Assembly: GCA_048497935.1 (NCBI GenBank)
Contig: JBEHYY010000013.1
Coordinates: 12,622 to 76,621, forward strand
Length of the DNA: 64,000 nucleotides
Direction: 5' to 3'
Origin: Verrucomicrobiota bacterium
Lineage (GTDB): Bacteria; Verrucomicrobiota; Verrucomicrobiia; Opitutales; JABDGR01
How positions within the stretch are numbered: position 1 is the first letter of the stretch; each line of letters starts with the position of its first letter. A model generated the notes under the pieces. The model worked only from the letters and a program-made list of their open reading frames with translations. It had not been told where the DNA came from and did no database searches. Shown here piece by piece: positions 18,900 to 29,428 of the stretch. The translations under genes and the position numbers were made by a program.

Positions 18900-19868
18900 T
18901 TACGCGCGTAGTTCACCCACCAAGGTTAACTCTTCGCGGTCATGGAAAAGATGCCGGGCGCGCAACAGAACGCAAGCCCGCGCCAGCACTGACTGCGGAC
19001 CAGTTGAGCGATGTAGGAGCGGCAGCGGGTCCGTGCGGCCGAATTTAAGGTTTACAACAAACCGGCGGCAGGCCCGCTGGCCGACCCAGCGTTCAAGCAA
19101 GGCCAAGACTTTATCTGGGTCATCCACCACATCGCACAGCAACCAATCGTAGCGCTTGCCCGGGGCGGGCATGAAGCGAAAGGCATCCGAGCATTCATGT
19201 TCAATCAGCGGATGGCCCAGTGCCGCACCCTTGAGCGGGCCATTATCGAGCGCCAGCACACTGGCGCCACGCTTGGCGGCACAATAGCTCCAGCCGCCCG
19301 GAGCCGCACCCAAATCCACAACAGATTCACTCCGCTGCGGCTCGCAGCCCAACACACCAAAGGCCTCCTCCAGTTTGAGATACGAGCGCGAAGGCGCACC
19401 CGGGTCGTCCGACATCCGGCGTTGCCCGCCCAAGATAGCATCACGGGCAATCCAGAAATTCTCAAAATCGCGCCAAAAGACAAAAAGCCCCCGCGTCTGG
19501 CCAACCATATTAGCCGGTTGGGGCCGGGCCAGTCGCGCCACGCGGGCCAGCCGTTTGGCCAGAGCCTCCTTGAAGGTGCGCTCCACCGCCGTGGCCCGTT
19601 TCGTCAAGCCTTCCTGCATATCATCCGCGCGGAATTGCAATGCCCAAGGGTCGGTGAATTTTTCCTCGCGGCAGGATTCCAGGAAATAATCAAGAATGGC
19701 CTTGGCCGTGGCGTTGACCGCCCCACCCTTTAATTCCACCGGATCGATGAGGGTGTGCGTGGCGAAGCAAAATTCCTTTTTTTCAATGGCCGGGGAGAGT
19801 ATCCAAGTCTCGCCCTGGGCCAGTGCCGTGGCGCCGGCCTCCGCCAATTCGCGGCCAAGAAACCGCAC
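18900..19868 (-). CDS. rlmM: 23S rRNA (cytidine2498-2'-O)-methyltransferase
   Basis: RSYLKLEEAF...DLGAAPGGWS...FVVNLKF pattern of RlmM/YgdE. Confidence 0.75.
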   Translation of the reverse strand: MRFLGRELAEAGATALAQGETWILSPAIEKKEFCFATHTLIDPVELKGGAVNATAKAILDYFLESCREEKFTDPWALQFRADDMQEGLTKRATAVERTFKEALAKRLARVARLARPQPANMVGQTRGLFVFWRDFENFWIARDAILGGQRRMSDDPGAPSRSYLKLEEAFGVLGCEPQRSESVVDLGAAPGGWSYCAAKRGASVLALDNGPLKGAALGHPLIEHECSDAFRFMPAPGKRYDWLLCDVVDDPDKVLALLERWVGQRACRRFVVNLKFGRTDPLPLLHRSTGPQSVLARACVLLRARHLFHDREELTLVGELRA

Positions 19869-19912
19869 GAAGCCCGCGCGGACAAGATGCAGGCGGCTGG
19901 AAGCGGGCGGGT

Positions 19913-21766
19913 TCAGTTTTTGGAAACACGCTCGAGGAGCGCGTAGGAACGTTGCACCAGGCTGCGTGGGTCTTCCAGCAAACCGCCCGCCAGCAAAGCA
20001 CTGTCATAAAGCTGTTCGCCCACGAGTTTGGCCAAGTCGGCATCCTTGGCCCGGAGTGCCTCCAGATTCTTAACCAAGGGATGGCGCGGGTTGATTTGCA
20101 GCACCACGCTGGCTGGCGGCGCCTGATCCTCATTCTTCATCGAGCGGAGGATGCGGCGCATATTGGCCGTCATCATGCCGTCGGCATTGAGCGCTACCGC
20201 CGGGCTGTCCACCAGCCGCGAACCACCCTCGACCGAGGATACCCGGGTTTCACCCAAAACATCCTTCAACCACGCACACAGGCCGGTGAGCGCTTCTGGC
20301 GAAAGCGTCTCGGCTGCCGCAGCCTCCGGTAAATCGGGCAACTGCAAATCCGCGGTATCGGCATTGGCAAAGGGCTTGTCCTCAAACTGGTTGAGCTGGG
20401 AAATGACAAAATCGTCCAAGGGTTCAAAGCCCAGGATCACTTCCAAGCCCCGCGCCTTGAAGGCCTCAAGGTAAGGCCCGCTCTCCGCCGCTGCCCGGTC
20501 GCGGGCTTGCAGGAAATAAATCTCTTTCTGGCTGGATGCCATACGCGAAACATAGTCAGCCAGGCTGGTCAATTGCCCCGCCGGTTGGGTGCTGGATTCA
20601 AAACGCAGCAGGCCGGCCAGGGCATTGCGGTGCTCAAAATCACTCGCGATGCCTTCCTTGATATAATGCTGGAAGGCGCGGTAGATTTTCTCGTACAGCG
20701 GAGCATCCTTGCTGGAAAGCTCATCCAGGAATTTGATGAAACGCTTGGTCAGCACTCGGTTGAGCTTTTGCACGAGCGCGCTGTCCTGCATGGACTCGCG
20801 CGAAATATTTAGCGGCAAATCGGCGCTATCCACCACGCCGCGCAGAAAACGCAGCCATTCGGGCAGGAGTTCCTTCGGCTCCGGGTCGATCAGCACCTTG
20901 CGGCAATAGAGCGACACCCCCGGCGGCGTGCGGCCGAAGCCCATGCGTTCGGGGTTCAAGCCAGGGATGAAAAGCAGCGCATTGAGCGCCAGTGGCGCAT
21001 CCACGGAAAAATGCAGCCAGGTCAGGGGCTCATCGGGCAGGTGGGCCTGAAACCGGTAGAACTCCTTGTACTGCTCCGGAGTGACTTCGCTCTTCTGCTT
21101 GAGCCAGATGGCCTCAATCTTGTTCACCCGGTCGCCATTGAGATTCACCGGGAAGATGACGAAGTTCGAATATCGCGTGAGCAGGCCGCGCACCCGGTCG
21201 CCTTTGGCAAATTCCTTGGCCTCGTCCTTGAGGTAGATGACAATTTTGCAGCCACGGCGCTGGCCTTCGGCTGGCTCGATGGCGTAATCGCCGCCACCTT
21301 CGCTCGACCAAACCAGGCCCTCAGCATCCGCACGGTAGGAATGGGTGTAAACCTTGACCTCCTTCGCCACCATGAAAGCGCTGTAAAAACCGACACCAAA
21401 CTGGCCGATGAGGTTTTCCGCCGCCCCGCCCTTTTCCTTGAGCGCCTGCAGGAAGGCCTTGGAGCCGGAGTGCGCAATGGTGCCGAGGTTTTCGACCAAC
21501 TCCTGGCGCGTCATCCCGACGCCGAAATCCTGAAGGGTGATGGTACCGGCCGTGTCGTCCGTGGAGATATTGATCTCCAAGGGCAGGTCGGCATCCACCG
21601 GCTGCTCGCCAGCCAGTTGCAGGTGGCGCAGCTTTTCCAGCGCGTCGGAGGCGTTGGACACGAGTTCGCGCAGGAAAATCTCGCGATCCGTGTAAAGGGC
21701 GTGGACGACGATGTCGAGGAGCTGGCGCACCTCGGCCTGGAAGGCGTGCCGTTCGGGCTGACTCAT
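19913..21766 (-). CDS. htpG: Molecular chaperone HtpG (Hsp90)
   Basis: ELVSNASDALEKLR, GQFGVGFYSAFMVA and a long conserved C-terminal domain. The ORF's 39-residue N-terminal extension is the reverse translation of the adjacent tRNA, so the start is set at MSQPERH. Confidence 0.9.
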   Translation of the reverse strand: MSQPERHAFQAEVRQLLDIVVHALYTDREIFLRELVSNASDALEKLRHLQLAGEQPVDADLPLEINISTDDTAGTITLQDFGVGMTRQELVENLGTIAHSGSKAFLQALKEKGGAAENLIGQFGVGFYSAFMVAKEVKVYTHSYRADAEGLVWSSEGGGDYAIEPAEGQRRGCKIVIYLKDEAKEFAKGDRVRGLLTRYSNFVIFPVNLNGDRVNKIEAIWLKQKSEVTPEQYKEFYRFQAHLPDEPLTWLHFSVDAPLALNALLFIPGLNPERMGFGRTPPGVSLYCRKVLIDPEPKELLPEWLRFLRGVVDSADLPLNISRESMQDSALVQKLNRVLTKRFIKFLDELSSKDAPLYEKIYRAFQHYIKEGIASDFEHRNALAGLLRFESSTQPAGQLTSLADYVSRMASSQKEIYFLQARDRAAAESGPYLEAFKARGLEVILGFEPLDDFVISQLNQFEDKPFANADTADLQLPDLPEAAAAETLSPEALTGLCAWLKDVLGETRVSSVEGGSRLVDSPAVALNADGMMTANMRRILRSMKNEDQAPPASVVLQINPRHPLVKNLEALRAKDADLAKLVGEQLYDSALLAGGLLEDPRSLVQRSYALLERVSKN

Positions 21767-21782
21767 AGGGCGATAGGGAAAA

Positions 21783-21858
21783 TGGTGGAGCTGATCGGGC
21801 TCGAACCGACGGCCTCGACAGTGCGATTGTCGCGCTCTTCCAACTGAGCTACAGCCCC
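21783..21858 (-). tRNA. tRNA-Ala (anticodon CGC)
   Basis: Reverse complement GGGGCTGTAGCTCAGTTGGAAGAGCGCGACAATCGCACTGTCGAGGCCGTCGGTTCGAGCCCGATCAGCTCCACCA. G3:U70 Ala identity pair, anticodon loop ATCGCAC, CCA encoded. Confidence 0.85.
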
Positions 21859-21971
21859 AAAATCCTTGTAGGGAAGCGGACAATTTGCGTCAAAAGCCTC
21901 CGGGGGTCAAGGTGATTCCGGCAGGTGTGTTTTTACTTTGCGCGCGGCAGAGAACACGCTTGTATCAAGGG

Positions 21972-22769
21972 GTGCAAACCTATCTGGACCTGTTGAAACT
22001 GGTGCGTGACACCGGCGAGGAACGCCGCGACCGCACCGGCGTGGGCACCAAAGGTGTCTTCGGCGCCCAGGCCCGGTTTGACCTGCGTGAGCGCTTCCCC
22101 CTGCTCACCACCAAGAAGGTGCACTGGAAATCGGTGGTGTATGAACTGCTCTGGTTCCTGCGCGGGGACACCAACGTCAAATGGCTCCAGGAGCGGGGGG
22201 TGTCCATCTGGGATGAATGGGCCGACGCCCAGGGCAATCTCGGCCCGGTTTATGGCTATCAGTGGCGGCACTGGCCAGGGCGCGAGGGCGTGACCATTGA
22301 CCAGATTGCCAAGGTGGTTGAATCCATCAAAAAATCGCCCCATTCCCGCCGGCATATCGTGACGGCTTGGAACCCGGCGGATGTTGATAAAATGGCGCTC
22401 CCGCCCTGCCACGCATTGTTCCAATTTTACGTTTCGACCAAGGGCGAACTCAGCTGCCAGCTCTACCAGCGCAGCGCGGACCTTTTCCTCGGCGTCCCCT
22501 TCAATATCGCCTCCTACGCCTTGCTCAATCTGATGGTAGCCCAAGTCTGCGGCCTGAAGCCCGGTGAATTCGTCCACACCTTCGGGGACCTGCACCTGTA
22601 CCTCAACCATCTCGAGCAGGTGGAAACCCAATTGGCGCGCACACCCAAGCCACTTCCGCGCGTGCGGCTCAATCCGGCCATCACCCGGCTGGAGGACTTC
22701 AAGTTTGAGGACATCGAATTGCTCGACTACGACCCCCACCCCGGTATCAAAGCGCCAATCGCTGTCTAA
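21972..22769 (+). CDS. thyA: Thymidylate synthase
   Basis: YLDLL...RTGVGT...WNPAD...LPPCH...QLYQRSAD... are classic ThyA motifs. The ORF opens at 21885, but homology begins near the GTG at about 21972, so the start is uncertain. Confidence 0.85.
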   Translation: MQTYLDLLKLVRDTGEERRDRTGVGTKGVFGAQARFDLRERFPLLTTKKVHWKSVVYELLWFLRGDTNVKWLQERGVSIWDEWADAQGNLGPVYGYQWRHWPGREGVTIDQIAKVVESIKKSPHSRRHIVTAWNPADVDKMALPPCHALFQFYVSTKGELSCQLYQRSADLFLGVPFNIASYALLNLMVAQVCGLKPGEFVHTFGDLHLYLNHLEQVETQLARTPKPLPRVRLNPAITRLEDFKFEDIELLDYDPHPGIKAPIAV

Positions 22770-22785
22770 CCGCCCTATTCTCGCC

Positions 22786-23265
22786 ATGAACTGGAAAGCC
22801 ATTGCCGCGCTGGCGGAAAACCGCGTCATTGGTGCGGGCGGTAAAATCCCCTGGCACCTTCCGGAGGATCTCCAGTTTTTCAAGGAGAAGACCAGCGGGC
22901 ACACCATTGTCATGGGCCGCAAGACATGGGATTCGCTGGGTCGCCCTTTGCCCAAACGCCGCAATGTGGTCGTCTCACGCACCCTGGCCCCCGGTGAGAA
23001 TACCCTGCCGGGCGCCATCGTCATTCGGGAGCTTGCCGCCCTTTCCGCCCTGCCAGCCACGGAGCAAGTATGGATCATCGGCGGAGCGGATGTATACCGC
23101 CAAGCGCTGCCGCAATGCGCGGAGCTTTACCTCACCCACGTGGCGGGCACACCTTCCGGCGATGCTTACTTCCCCGCCTATGAGGAACTTTTTGCGCCCG
23201 CCGAAACTATAAAGACTGCGCCCAATTTTAAGATAGTACGTTACGTCCGGCGCCAAGCGGGTTAA
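22786..23265 (+). CDS. folA: Dihydrofolate reductase
   Basis: 160 aa; IGAGGKIPWHLPEDLQFFKEKT...VMGRKTW; classic thyA-folA adjacency. Confidence 0.85.
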   Translation: MNWKAIAALAENRVIGAGGKIPWHLPEDLQFFKEKTSGHTIVMGRKTWDSLGRPLPKRRNVVVSRTLAPGENTLPGAIVIRELAALSALPATEQVWIIGGADVYRQALPQCAELYLTHVAGTPSGDAYFPAYEELFAPAETIKTAPNFKIVRYVRRQAG

Positions 23266-24822
23266 TTACCACAGCGATTCCGGAAAGAACCCCTGGTACA
23301 AGCCGGCGAACAATGTCGCCGCGGCCAAGAGACCCAGCGCCACGCGTCCCCAGTTGGCTGGCGCTGTCGGAGCCTCGATGGCTTCCGAAGGTGCAAGCCC
23401 GGGAACTGCCGGTTGGCGGAAGAGCGCCGCGCGCATCCAGCCGAAATAGTAGTAAATGGAGACCACCACACCGAGAATGGATACTCCGAGCAGGAAATAG
23501 AGATGCGCCTGGAAGGCGGCGTAAAACAGCAGCAGCTTGCCAATAAAGCCCGCCAAGGGGGGAATCCCCGCCAGCGAACCCAGCCCCAGCGCCAGCACCC
23601 CGCCCAAAAACGGCTGGCGGCGGCCCAAGTCAGCATAGTGCTCGATTTCCTGGTTCTCATCACGCGCCCCGGACACATAGGCCATGACACCAAATACCGC
23701 GAAGGACCCCAGCAGATAAGTAAAGAGATAGAACAAGACCGCCCCCGGCGCCCAGGAAATCCCTTTGGCCGTGGCGACCACGCCCACGAGCATATAGCCG
23801 GCATGGGCGATGCCGGAAAGGCCCATCACGCGCTTGACGTTATGCTGGCCCAGCGCCGCCAGATTACCGAACAAGATCGAAAGCACCGCCAGCGTGGACA
23901 GCAGCGGCACCAAAACATGCTGCGAAAGCCAGTAGGCCGCAAATGGACCAGTGACCAGATTCACCAGCACCCAAAAACCGGCCGCCTTGGATCCCACTGC
24001 CAGGAAAGCCGTCGTCGGCGTCGGCGCGCCCTGGTAAACATCGGGCACCCAGATTTGGAAAGGCACGGCGCCAATCTTAAACGCCACGCCGCACAGCACC
24101 AGAACTGCTCCGGCAGCTGCCAGCGGGTTGGAGGTCTGCTCGGCCAAAACCCGGCCGAGATCGCCAAAGTTCATGGCGTCATAGACTGGCTTCGTCAATG
24201 CATGGAGATGCGGCTGCGCCGCCACGCCGTAAAGGAGCACGACACCAAAAAGGAGGATGGCTGAGCTGAGGGCGCCCAGAATCAGGTACTTCAGGCCGGC
24301 TTCCAGCGAGAAGGGGCTGTTGCGGCAATAGGCTACCATGACGTAAAAGCCGACCGTGACCGTTTCCAGCGCGACAAAAAACAGCACAAACTGGGTGCTC
24401 TGAATCAGCAGCATCATGGCCGCGGAAACCACCAGCAGCAGGTGGAAAAATTCAATGCGCGGCAAGGTCTGCTTTTTGAAATAAACCTGGGCCAGAAAAC
24501 TGACGCCCAATCCGGTAAGAAGAATGAAAATCCGCCCGGCCTGCCCAAAGGGGGAGATGGTGATCAGGCCATCGAAGTAGGTCCAATCCACCATCTGGTC
24601 GATGAACGGGTCAGCGCTTTCATAGGCAATGCTGCCCAGCAGCGCGATAAGGATGGTGGCCTGGCCCAGGATGGCAATGCGGGGGATGCAGTCATGCTGC
24701 TTTTTGTCCAGCACAAGTTCGAGCACAAGCAGCAGCAAGGCGATGGTGCCGAGCATGACCTCGGGCCAGAGCATGAGCCACTGGTTCGTGTTGGTGATCG
24801 ACTGGTAAACAGCGGGATTCAT
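23266..24822 (-). CDS. nuoN: NADH-quinone oxidoreductase subunit N
   Basis: 518-aa polytopic antiporter-like subunit at the distal end of the nuo operon. Confidence 0.85.
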   Translation of the reverse strand: MNPAVYQSITNTNQWLMLWPEVMLGTIALLLLVLELVLDKKQHDCIPRIAILGQATILIALLGSIAYESADPFIDQMVDWTYFDGLITISPFGQAGRIFILLTGLGVSFLAQVYFKKQTLPRIEFFHLLLVVSAAMMLLIQSTQFVLFFVALETVTVGFYVMVAYCRNSPFSLEAGLKYLILGALSSAILLFGVVLLYGVAAQPHLHALTKPVYDAMNFGDLGRVLAEQTSNPLAAAGAVLVLCGVAFKIGAVPFQIWVPDVYQGAPTPTTAFLAVGSKAAGFWVLVNLVTGPFAAYWLSQHVLVPLLSTLAVLSILFGNLAALGQHNVKRVMGLSGIAHAGYMLVGVVATAKGISWAPGAVLFYLFTYLLGSFAVFGVMAYVSGARDENQEIEHYADLGRRQPFLGGVLALGLGSLAGIPPLAGFIGKLLLFYAAFQAHLYFLLGVSILGVVVSIYYYFGWMRAALFRQPAVPGLAPSEAIEAPTAPANWGRVALGLLAAATLFAGLYQGFFPESLW

Positions 24823-26477
24823 CGCGAGGGAGTGGCCGGAGCCGTGGAGGTGGCGGGCTTGGCAGGCGCGGCCTCAGGGACAAAATTGAGCGTCAGGGCG
24901 TAATGGCCGGCGGGACGCTGATCCTGATAGACTGCCGGGAGCGATTCATTGATGCCCCGGCTGAGCGAAGCCGGCCAAAAGCCGACCAAGACCAATGCAC
25001 CCAGCAGGATAACCGCCGGCCAGCGCTCGCCCGGCTGGATATCAGCCAGGGGTTTGGCAAACAATGGCTGAAAGGCCGACGAAGGCTCGCCATAGAAAAT
25101 ACGGGAGACTGCCCGCAGACCATAGATGGCCGACAAAACCACGCCGAGCGCCGCCGCAGCCGTCATCCAGGGAGAGTATTTCCAGAGGGAAATGAAGATG
25201 CCAAACTCACCCCAGAAATTGGCAAAGCCCGGCAGACCGATGCCCGCAAATGTCGCGGCAATGAAGAAAGCCGCCAATACCGGAGCCTTCTGGCACAAGC
25301 CGCCCATTGCACCCATGTCATAGGTCTGCGTGCGCTGGTAAACAGCATCCGAAAGCAGGAACAACACCGCCACCGACAGCCCGTGGGCAAACATCAGCAG
25401 CACCGCCGCGCCCGCGCCCAAAGCGCTGACACAGGCGATGCCGAGGAAAATATAGCCCATGTGCATCACGGAGCTGTAGCCGAGCATCATCTTCAGGTCG
25501 CGTTGCGCAAGGGTGACCAGGCCGATGATGACCACATTGCCCAAGGCCAGCCAGGTGAGCACATGGCCCCAGTCGGCCATCTGCGCCGGCAGCAAGGGCA
25601 CCGCAATTTGCAGCAGGCCGTAGAGGCCGAATTTTTTCAATACCCCGGCGTGCAGCATGGCCGCCGGCGCGGGAGCAGCAGCATAACCGGAAGGCGCCCA
25701 GGAGTGGAAGGGCCACAGCGAAACCAGGATGCCAAAGCCAAACAGCAGCAGGCCGAAAATCTTATGTCCAGCCACGCCATTGGGGGTGGCCGTCAGCGTC
25801 CAGGCATGCATCGACACCAAGTCGAAGCTGTTTGCGCCGCTTTGGATGAACAAAGCCAGCAAGCCGAGCAACGAGAGCATGGCGCCCAAGGTCAGGTAAA
25901 TCGTCATTTCCAGCGCCGCCACCCGGCCGCCCGGGCCACCCCACCAGCCAATAAGGATGAAGGTGGGGATAAGCGCGAATTCGTGGAAGAAATAAAAATA
26001 AAACAAGTTAACCGAGGCAAACACGCCGACGCCACCCGACACAATGAACAAGAGCAACCCCCAGTAAGCGTGCGGGCGGTCCACCTTGGCATTCAACGCA
26101 TAGGCCCCCGCGGCCAGCCCAACAATCCCGGCCAGGACAAACAATGGCAGCGAAAGACCATTGATCCCCAGCTTCAGCGTGATGCCAAGAAAGCCCAGGC
26201 CGGCGTCCTTCTCAAAGGCGAAAAGAAATTCCGGCGTGCGCCACAGCAATTGACCCGGCTGGGCATTGACCACCTGCTCAATGATGGGAACGCCGCCCGG
26301 CCGCAGGGCGAAAATCCACCAGGCGCACAAGCCGGTGACGGCAGGCACCACAAAGCCCACCCAGGCCACCGCGCGCGCCAGCCATGGCGTCATCTGCGAG
26401 CCTTTAAGCAGCAGGACGAGGCCGGCCAAAAATGGCACCCCGATCGCTAGCGGCAGAATGTACGAATCGCTGGTCAT
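24819..26477 (-). CDS. nuoM: NADH-quinone oxidoreductase subunit M
   Basis: Antiporter-like subunit; start chosen at MTSDSYILP (the ORF extends to 26684). Confidence 0.85.
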   Translation of the reverse strand: MTSDSYILPLAIGVPFLAGLVLLLKGSQMTPWLARAVAWVGFVVPAVTGLCAWWIFALRPGGVPIIEQVVNAQPGQLLWRTPEFLFAFEKDAGLGFLGITLKLGINGLSLPLFVLAGIVGLAAGAYALNAKVDRPHAYWGLLLFIVSGGVGVFASVNLFYFYFFHEFALIPTFILIGWWGGPGGRVAALEMTIYLTLGAMLSLLGLLALFIQSGANSFDLVSMHAWTLTATPNGVAGHKIFGLLLFGFGILVSLWPFHSWAPSGYAAAPAPAAMLHAGVLKKFGLYGLLQIAVPLLPAQMADWGHVLTWLALGNVVIIGLVTLAQRDLKMMLGYSSVMHMGYIFLGIACVSALGAGAAVLLMFAHGLSVAVLFLLSDAVYQRTQTYDMGAMGGLCQKAPVLAAFFIAATFAGIGLPGFANFWGEFGIFISLWKYSPWMTAAAALGVVLSAIYGLRAVSRIFYGEPSSAFQPLFAKPLADIQPGERWPAVILLGALVLVGFWPASLSRGINESLPAVYQDQRPAGHYALTLNFVPEAAPAKPATSTAPATPSR

Positions 26478-26503
26478 GAAGGTAGGAAAATACAAAAAAG
26501 GTG

Positions 26504-28507
26504 TTAACGAACGGCAAAGAACCAAAAGAGCAGCACTCCGGCGAGGAACCAATAAACATAGCAGTGGATGCTGCCGGTCGTGGCCCGGCGCAACAACGCG
26601 CCCCCCAGGCCGGAGACGCCGGCCGTCCCCCACCCGCCACCCAGCTTGACCACCAAGATGTCCAGCGCACCCAAGATATCGCATATGCGCTGCTGCACAT
26701 GGGCCACATACCAGTCATAAATGTCGTCAAACCAGCCATGCCGCTCCAGGATGCGGAAACCACCCGGAGACTTGGCGGCCAGCGGGTCGCCGGCGATCTG
26801 CGAGCGTCCATAAAAAAGATAGCTTGCGGTAAGACCGGCCACGAGGAGCAGCACATCCAGAATCTCAAGCGGGTGCGCCAGGCCTTTTTCCTCCAGCACG
26901 TGATGGAGGTTTTCAAAAGTCGCGGCAAAAACCTGCACACAACCGGCGGGGAGCAGGCCGTTCATCAAGCCGCCCGCCCACTTCCAGTCATAAACCGCCC
27001 AGCCGGCCGAGACGGACAAAACCGCCAACACGACGAGCGGAATCGTCATGGCCGCGCCGCTTTCATGGGCGTGCTCCGCCGACTCGCTGCGATTACGGCC
27101 CAAAAATACGACGGAATAGAGACGGCAGGTGTAAAGAGCGGTGCAGAGGGCGCCGAAGAGCACCAAGCCGTAAACGCCGTAGTAAATCGCCCCTTCTTCA
27201 TGCCCCTTCAGGAAGGCGGCGGAAATGATGGAGTCCTTGGAATAAGCGCCCGAAAAGAACGGCACCGCGCAATTTGCGAGTGAGGCCAGGAGGAAGGTGA
27301 TGCCCGTGATGGGCATCTTCTTCAACAGGCCACCCATCTTATAAATATCCTGTTCATGGTGGCAGGCATGGATGACCGAGCCTGACCCGAGAAAGAGCGT
27401 GGCTTTGAAGCAGGCGTGCATCGCCAGGTGGAATACCGCCAGCTGCGGATAGCCCAAACCCACCGCTGTGGCCATATAACCAAGGTGTGACAGCGTGGAA
27501 TAAGCCAAGGTCTTCTTGATATCGGTCTGGCCCAAGGCGCACAGCCCGGCAAAGGCGGTCATCGCCGCCCCACTCCACATGATCCAATGGAGCGTTGCCG
27601 GCGGCAGGAGGAAATACACCCGCGCCAGGAAGTACACACCCGCCGCCACCATCGTGGCGGCGTGGATGAGGGCCGACACCGGCGTTGGGCCGGCCATGGC
27701 ATCCGTCAACCATACCTGTAGGGGAAACTGCGCACTCTTGCCCACAAAGCCGCACATGAGCAACAGGCCGATCGCCACGGCGGTGCCGGTGGTGAGCAAC
27801 GCCGGGTGGTAGCCGAGAATATTTTCCAGTTCCGACAGGCGCACCGTGCCGTAGTGGTCCCAGCACCAGACAATGCCCAGCAAAAAGCCCAAATCACCGA
27901 TACGATTGACGATAAAGGCCTTTTTCGAGGCCATGTTGGCAAAATCAGTCTTATAATAATGCGCGATGAGCATATAGGAACTGAAGCCCACCAACTCCCA
28001 GAAGACAAAGAGCATCACCAGATTGTCCGCCAGGACAATGCCCAGGATGGAAAACATGAAGACGGACAAACCGCCAAAGAACCGCGCCTTGCCCTCGTCA
28101 TCCGCCATGTAGCCGGCGCTGAAGAGCTGGATCCAGCACGCCACAAACGACACCACGAGCAGCATCATCGCCGCGAGGTTGTTGAAGTGGAAGCCCATCG
28201 CCAGATTGTAATTTCCAAACTGGAGCCAGCTATGCGAAGCGTCCACCCAGGTCGGGCCGGCCATGGCCTGCCAGGTCTGCATCTCCGGCGAGGGCCGCGG
28301 CGCCTCCACACTGGCCGGATACAGGGTGCGGGCCGGGTCATAGCTCTTCACAATCGCGTAGAGCGACAGGCCCATGATGGCGAAGCCGACCATGATGGAC
28401 AGCAGCGCCGCCAGGTTCCCGCGCTTGCGCAGGAACAACGCTATCACCACCGCTGACCCGAGAGGCAGCAGGAGTATGAGCGAAAGCAGCTGGGACAAGT
28501 CCATCAT
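26504..28507 (-). CDS. nuoL: NADH-quinone oxidoreductase subunit L
   Basis: 667 aa, the longest antiporter-like subunit. Confidence 0.85.
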   Translation of the reverse strand: MMDLSQLLSLILLLPLGSAVVIALFLRKRGNLAALLSIMVGFAIMGLSLYAIVKSYDPARTLYPASVEAPRPSPEMQTWQAMAGPTWVDASHSWLQFGNYNLAMGFHFNNLAAMMLLVVSFVACWIQLFSAGYMADDEGKARFFGGLSVFMFSILGIVLADNLVMLFVFWELVGFSSYMLIAHYYKTDFANMASKKAFIVNRIGDLGFLLGIVWCWDHYGTVRLSELENILGYHPALLTTGTAVAIGLLLMCGFVGKSAQFPLQVWLTDAMAGPTPVSALIHAATMVAAGVYFLARVYFLLPPATLHWIMWSGAAMTAFAGLCALGQTDIKKTLAYSTLSHLGYMATAVGLGYPQLAVFHLAMHACFKATLFLGSGSVIHACHHEQDIYKMGGLLKKMPITGITFLLASLANCAVPFFSGAYSKDSIISAAFLKGHEEGAIYYGVYGLVLFGALCTALYTCRLYSVVFLGRNRSESAEHAHESGAAMTIPLVVLAVLSVSAGWAVYDWKWAGGLMNGLLPAGCVQVFAATFENLHHVLEEKGLAHPLEILDVLLLVAGLTASYLFYGRSQIAGDPLAAKSPGGFRILERHGWFDDIYDWYVAHVQQRICDILGALDILVVKLGGGWGTAGVSGLGGALLRRATTGSIHCYVYWFLAGVLLFWFFAVR

Positions 28508-28509
28508 GG

Positions 28510-28815
28510 TTAGTGTTTCAAATAGTTCAGTTCATCCACCTGCACTGTGCTGCGGCGGCGGTAGAGCGCCACAATAATGGCCAGGCCGACCGCGACTTCC
28601 GCCGCGGCCACGGTGATGATGAAAAAGACGAACAACGCGCCGTCCATCGTCCCGTAAAAACGCGAGAACGCCACCAATGCCAGCGTGCAGGCCGACAGCA
28701 TGATCTCCAGGCACATGTAGATGATGAGTGTGTTTTTGTGCAGCAGCACCCCGGCGAAGCCGATGGCAAAGAGGATGCCGGCAACGGTGAGGAAGGCTTG
28801 GAGTCCTGGTTCCAT
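28510..28815 (-). CDS. nuoK: NADH-quinone oxidoreductase subunit K
   Basis: 101 aa, three TM helices, NuoK pattern. Confidence 0.85.
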   Translation of the reverse strand: MEPGLQAFLTVAGILFAIGFAGVLLHKNTLIIYMCLEIMLSACTLALVAFSRFYGTMDGALFVFFIITVAAAEVAVGLAIIVALYRRRSTVQVDELNYLKH

Positions 28816-28832
28816 GGTATGGTCGAAAAGGG

Positions 28833-29393
28833 TTAACGGCGCGCCTCGCCCGAGGGTTGATTGCCTTCATCAGCGGTGCGCTTGCTCAACACAATGACAC
28901 CGACCATCGCAATGAGCAGGAGAAAGCCGGCGACCTCAAAGGGCAGCATATAGCGCGTGAACAGGCCATAGCCCATGGCCTTGGAGGCGGCGGCGTAGGC
29001 CAGCGGGTGCTGGTCGGAAGGCATGGCGGGCACCGGCGCCGCCGGAGCCACGGTTATCGGAAACTGGTGCGCCAGCCAAAGGGCACCCCCCACCAAAGCC
29101 ACCAGCACGCCACAGACAAATACAAGGTTGATTTCGGAAATGCGCAACCTGTGCCGGGCCGTCGTGTCCAGCAGCATGATGATAAAGAGGAACAGCACCA
29201 TCACCGCCCCGGCATAGACGATGATTTGCAGCGCCGCCAGAAAGTAGGCCCCCAGCACGTAGAACAGCCCCGCCACTCCCGCCAGCGCGACAATCATGCA
29301 CATCGCGCTGTTCACGGCATCACGATTGATGACGACAAAGAGCGCCGCCACAATCGTGAGCGTGGAAAAAAGATAGAAAAGAAAGGCGGCCAT
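28833..29393 (-). CDS. nuoJ: NADH-quinone oxidoreductase subunit J
   Basis: 186 aa, NuoJ pattern. Confidence 0.8.
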   Translation of the reverse strand: MAAFLFYLFSTLTIVAALFVVINRDAVNSAMCMIVALAGVAGLFYVLGAYFLAALQIIVYAGAVMVLFLFIIMLLDTTARHRLRISEINLVFVCGVLVALVGGALWLAHQFPITVAPAAPVPAMPSDQHPLAYAAASKAMGYGLFTRYMLPFEVAGFLLLIAMVGVIVLSKRTADEGNQPSGEARR

Positions 29394-29428
29394 GGCGCAA
29401 AGCGGTTGGGTGGTCGAAAAAAGGTTGG

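Noticed and set aside
24903-26450. Long antisense ORFs inside nuo, htpG, glycogen and other genes (e.g. 24903..26450 +, 34801..36747 + 648 aa, 42228..43925 - 565 aa, 9695..10921 -, 21011..21847 +, 11793..12665 -)
   Set aside because: These are typical stop-codon-poor shadow frames of high-GC coding DNA. Their products are low-complexity Arg/Ala/Gly/Pro-rich with no domain signal, and the opposite strand has unambiguous conserved genes.
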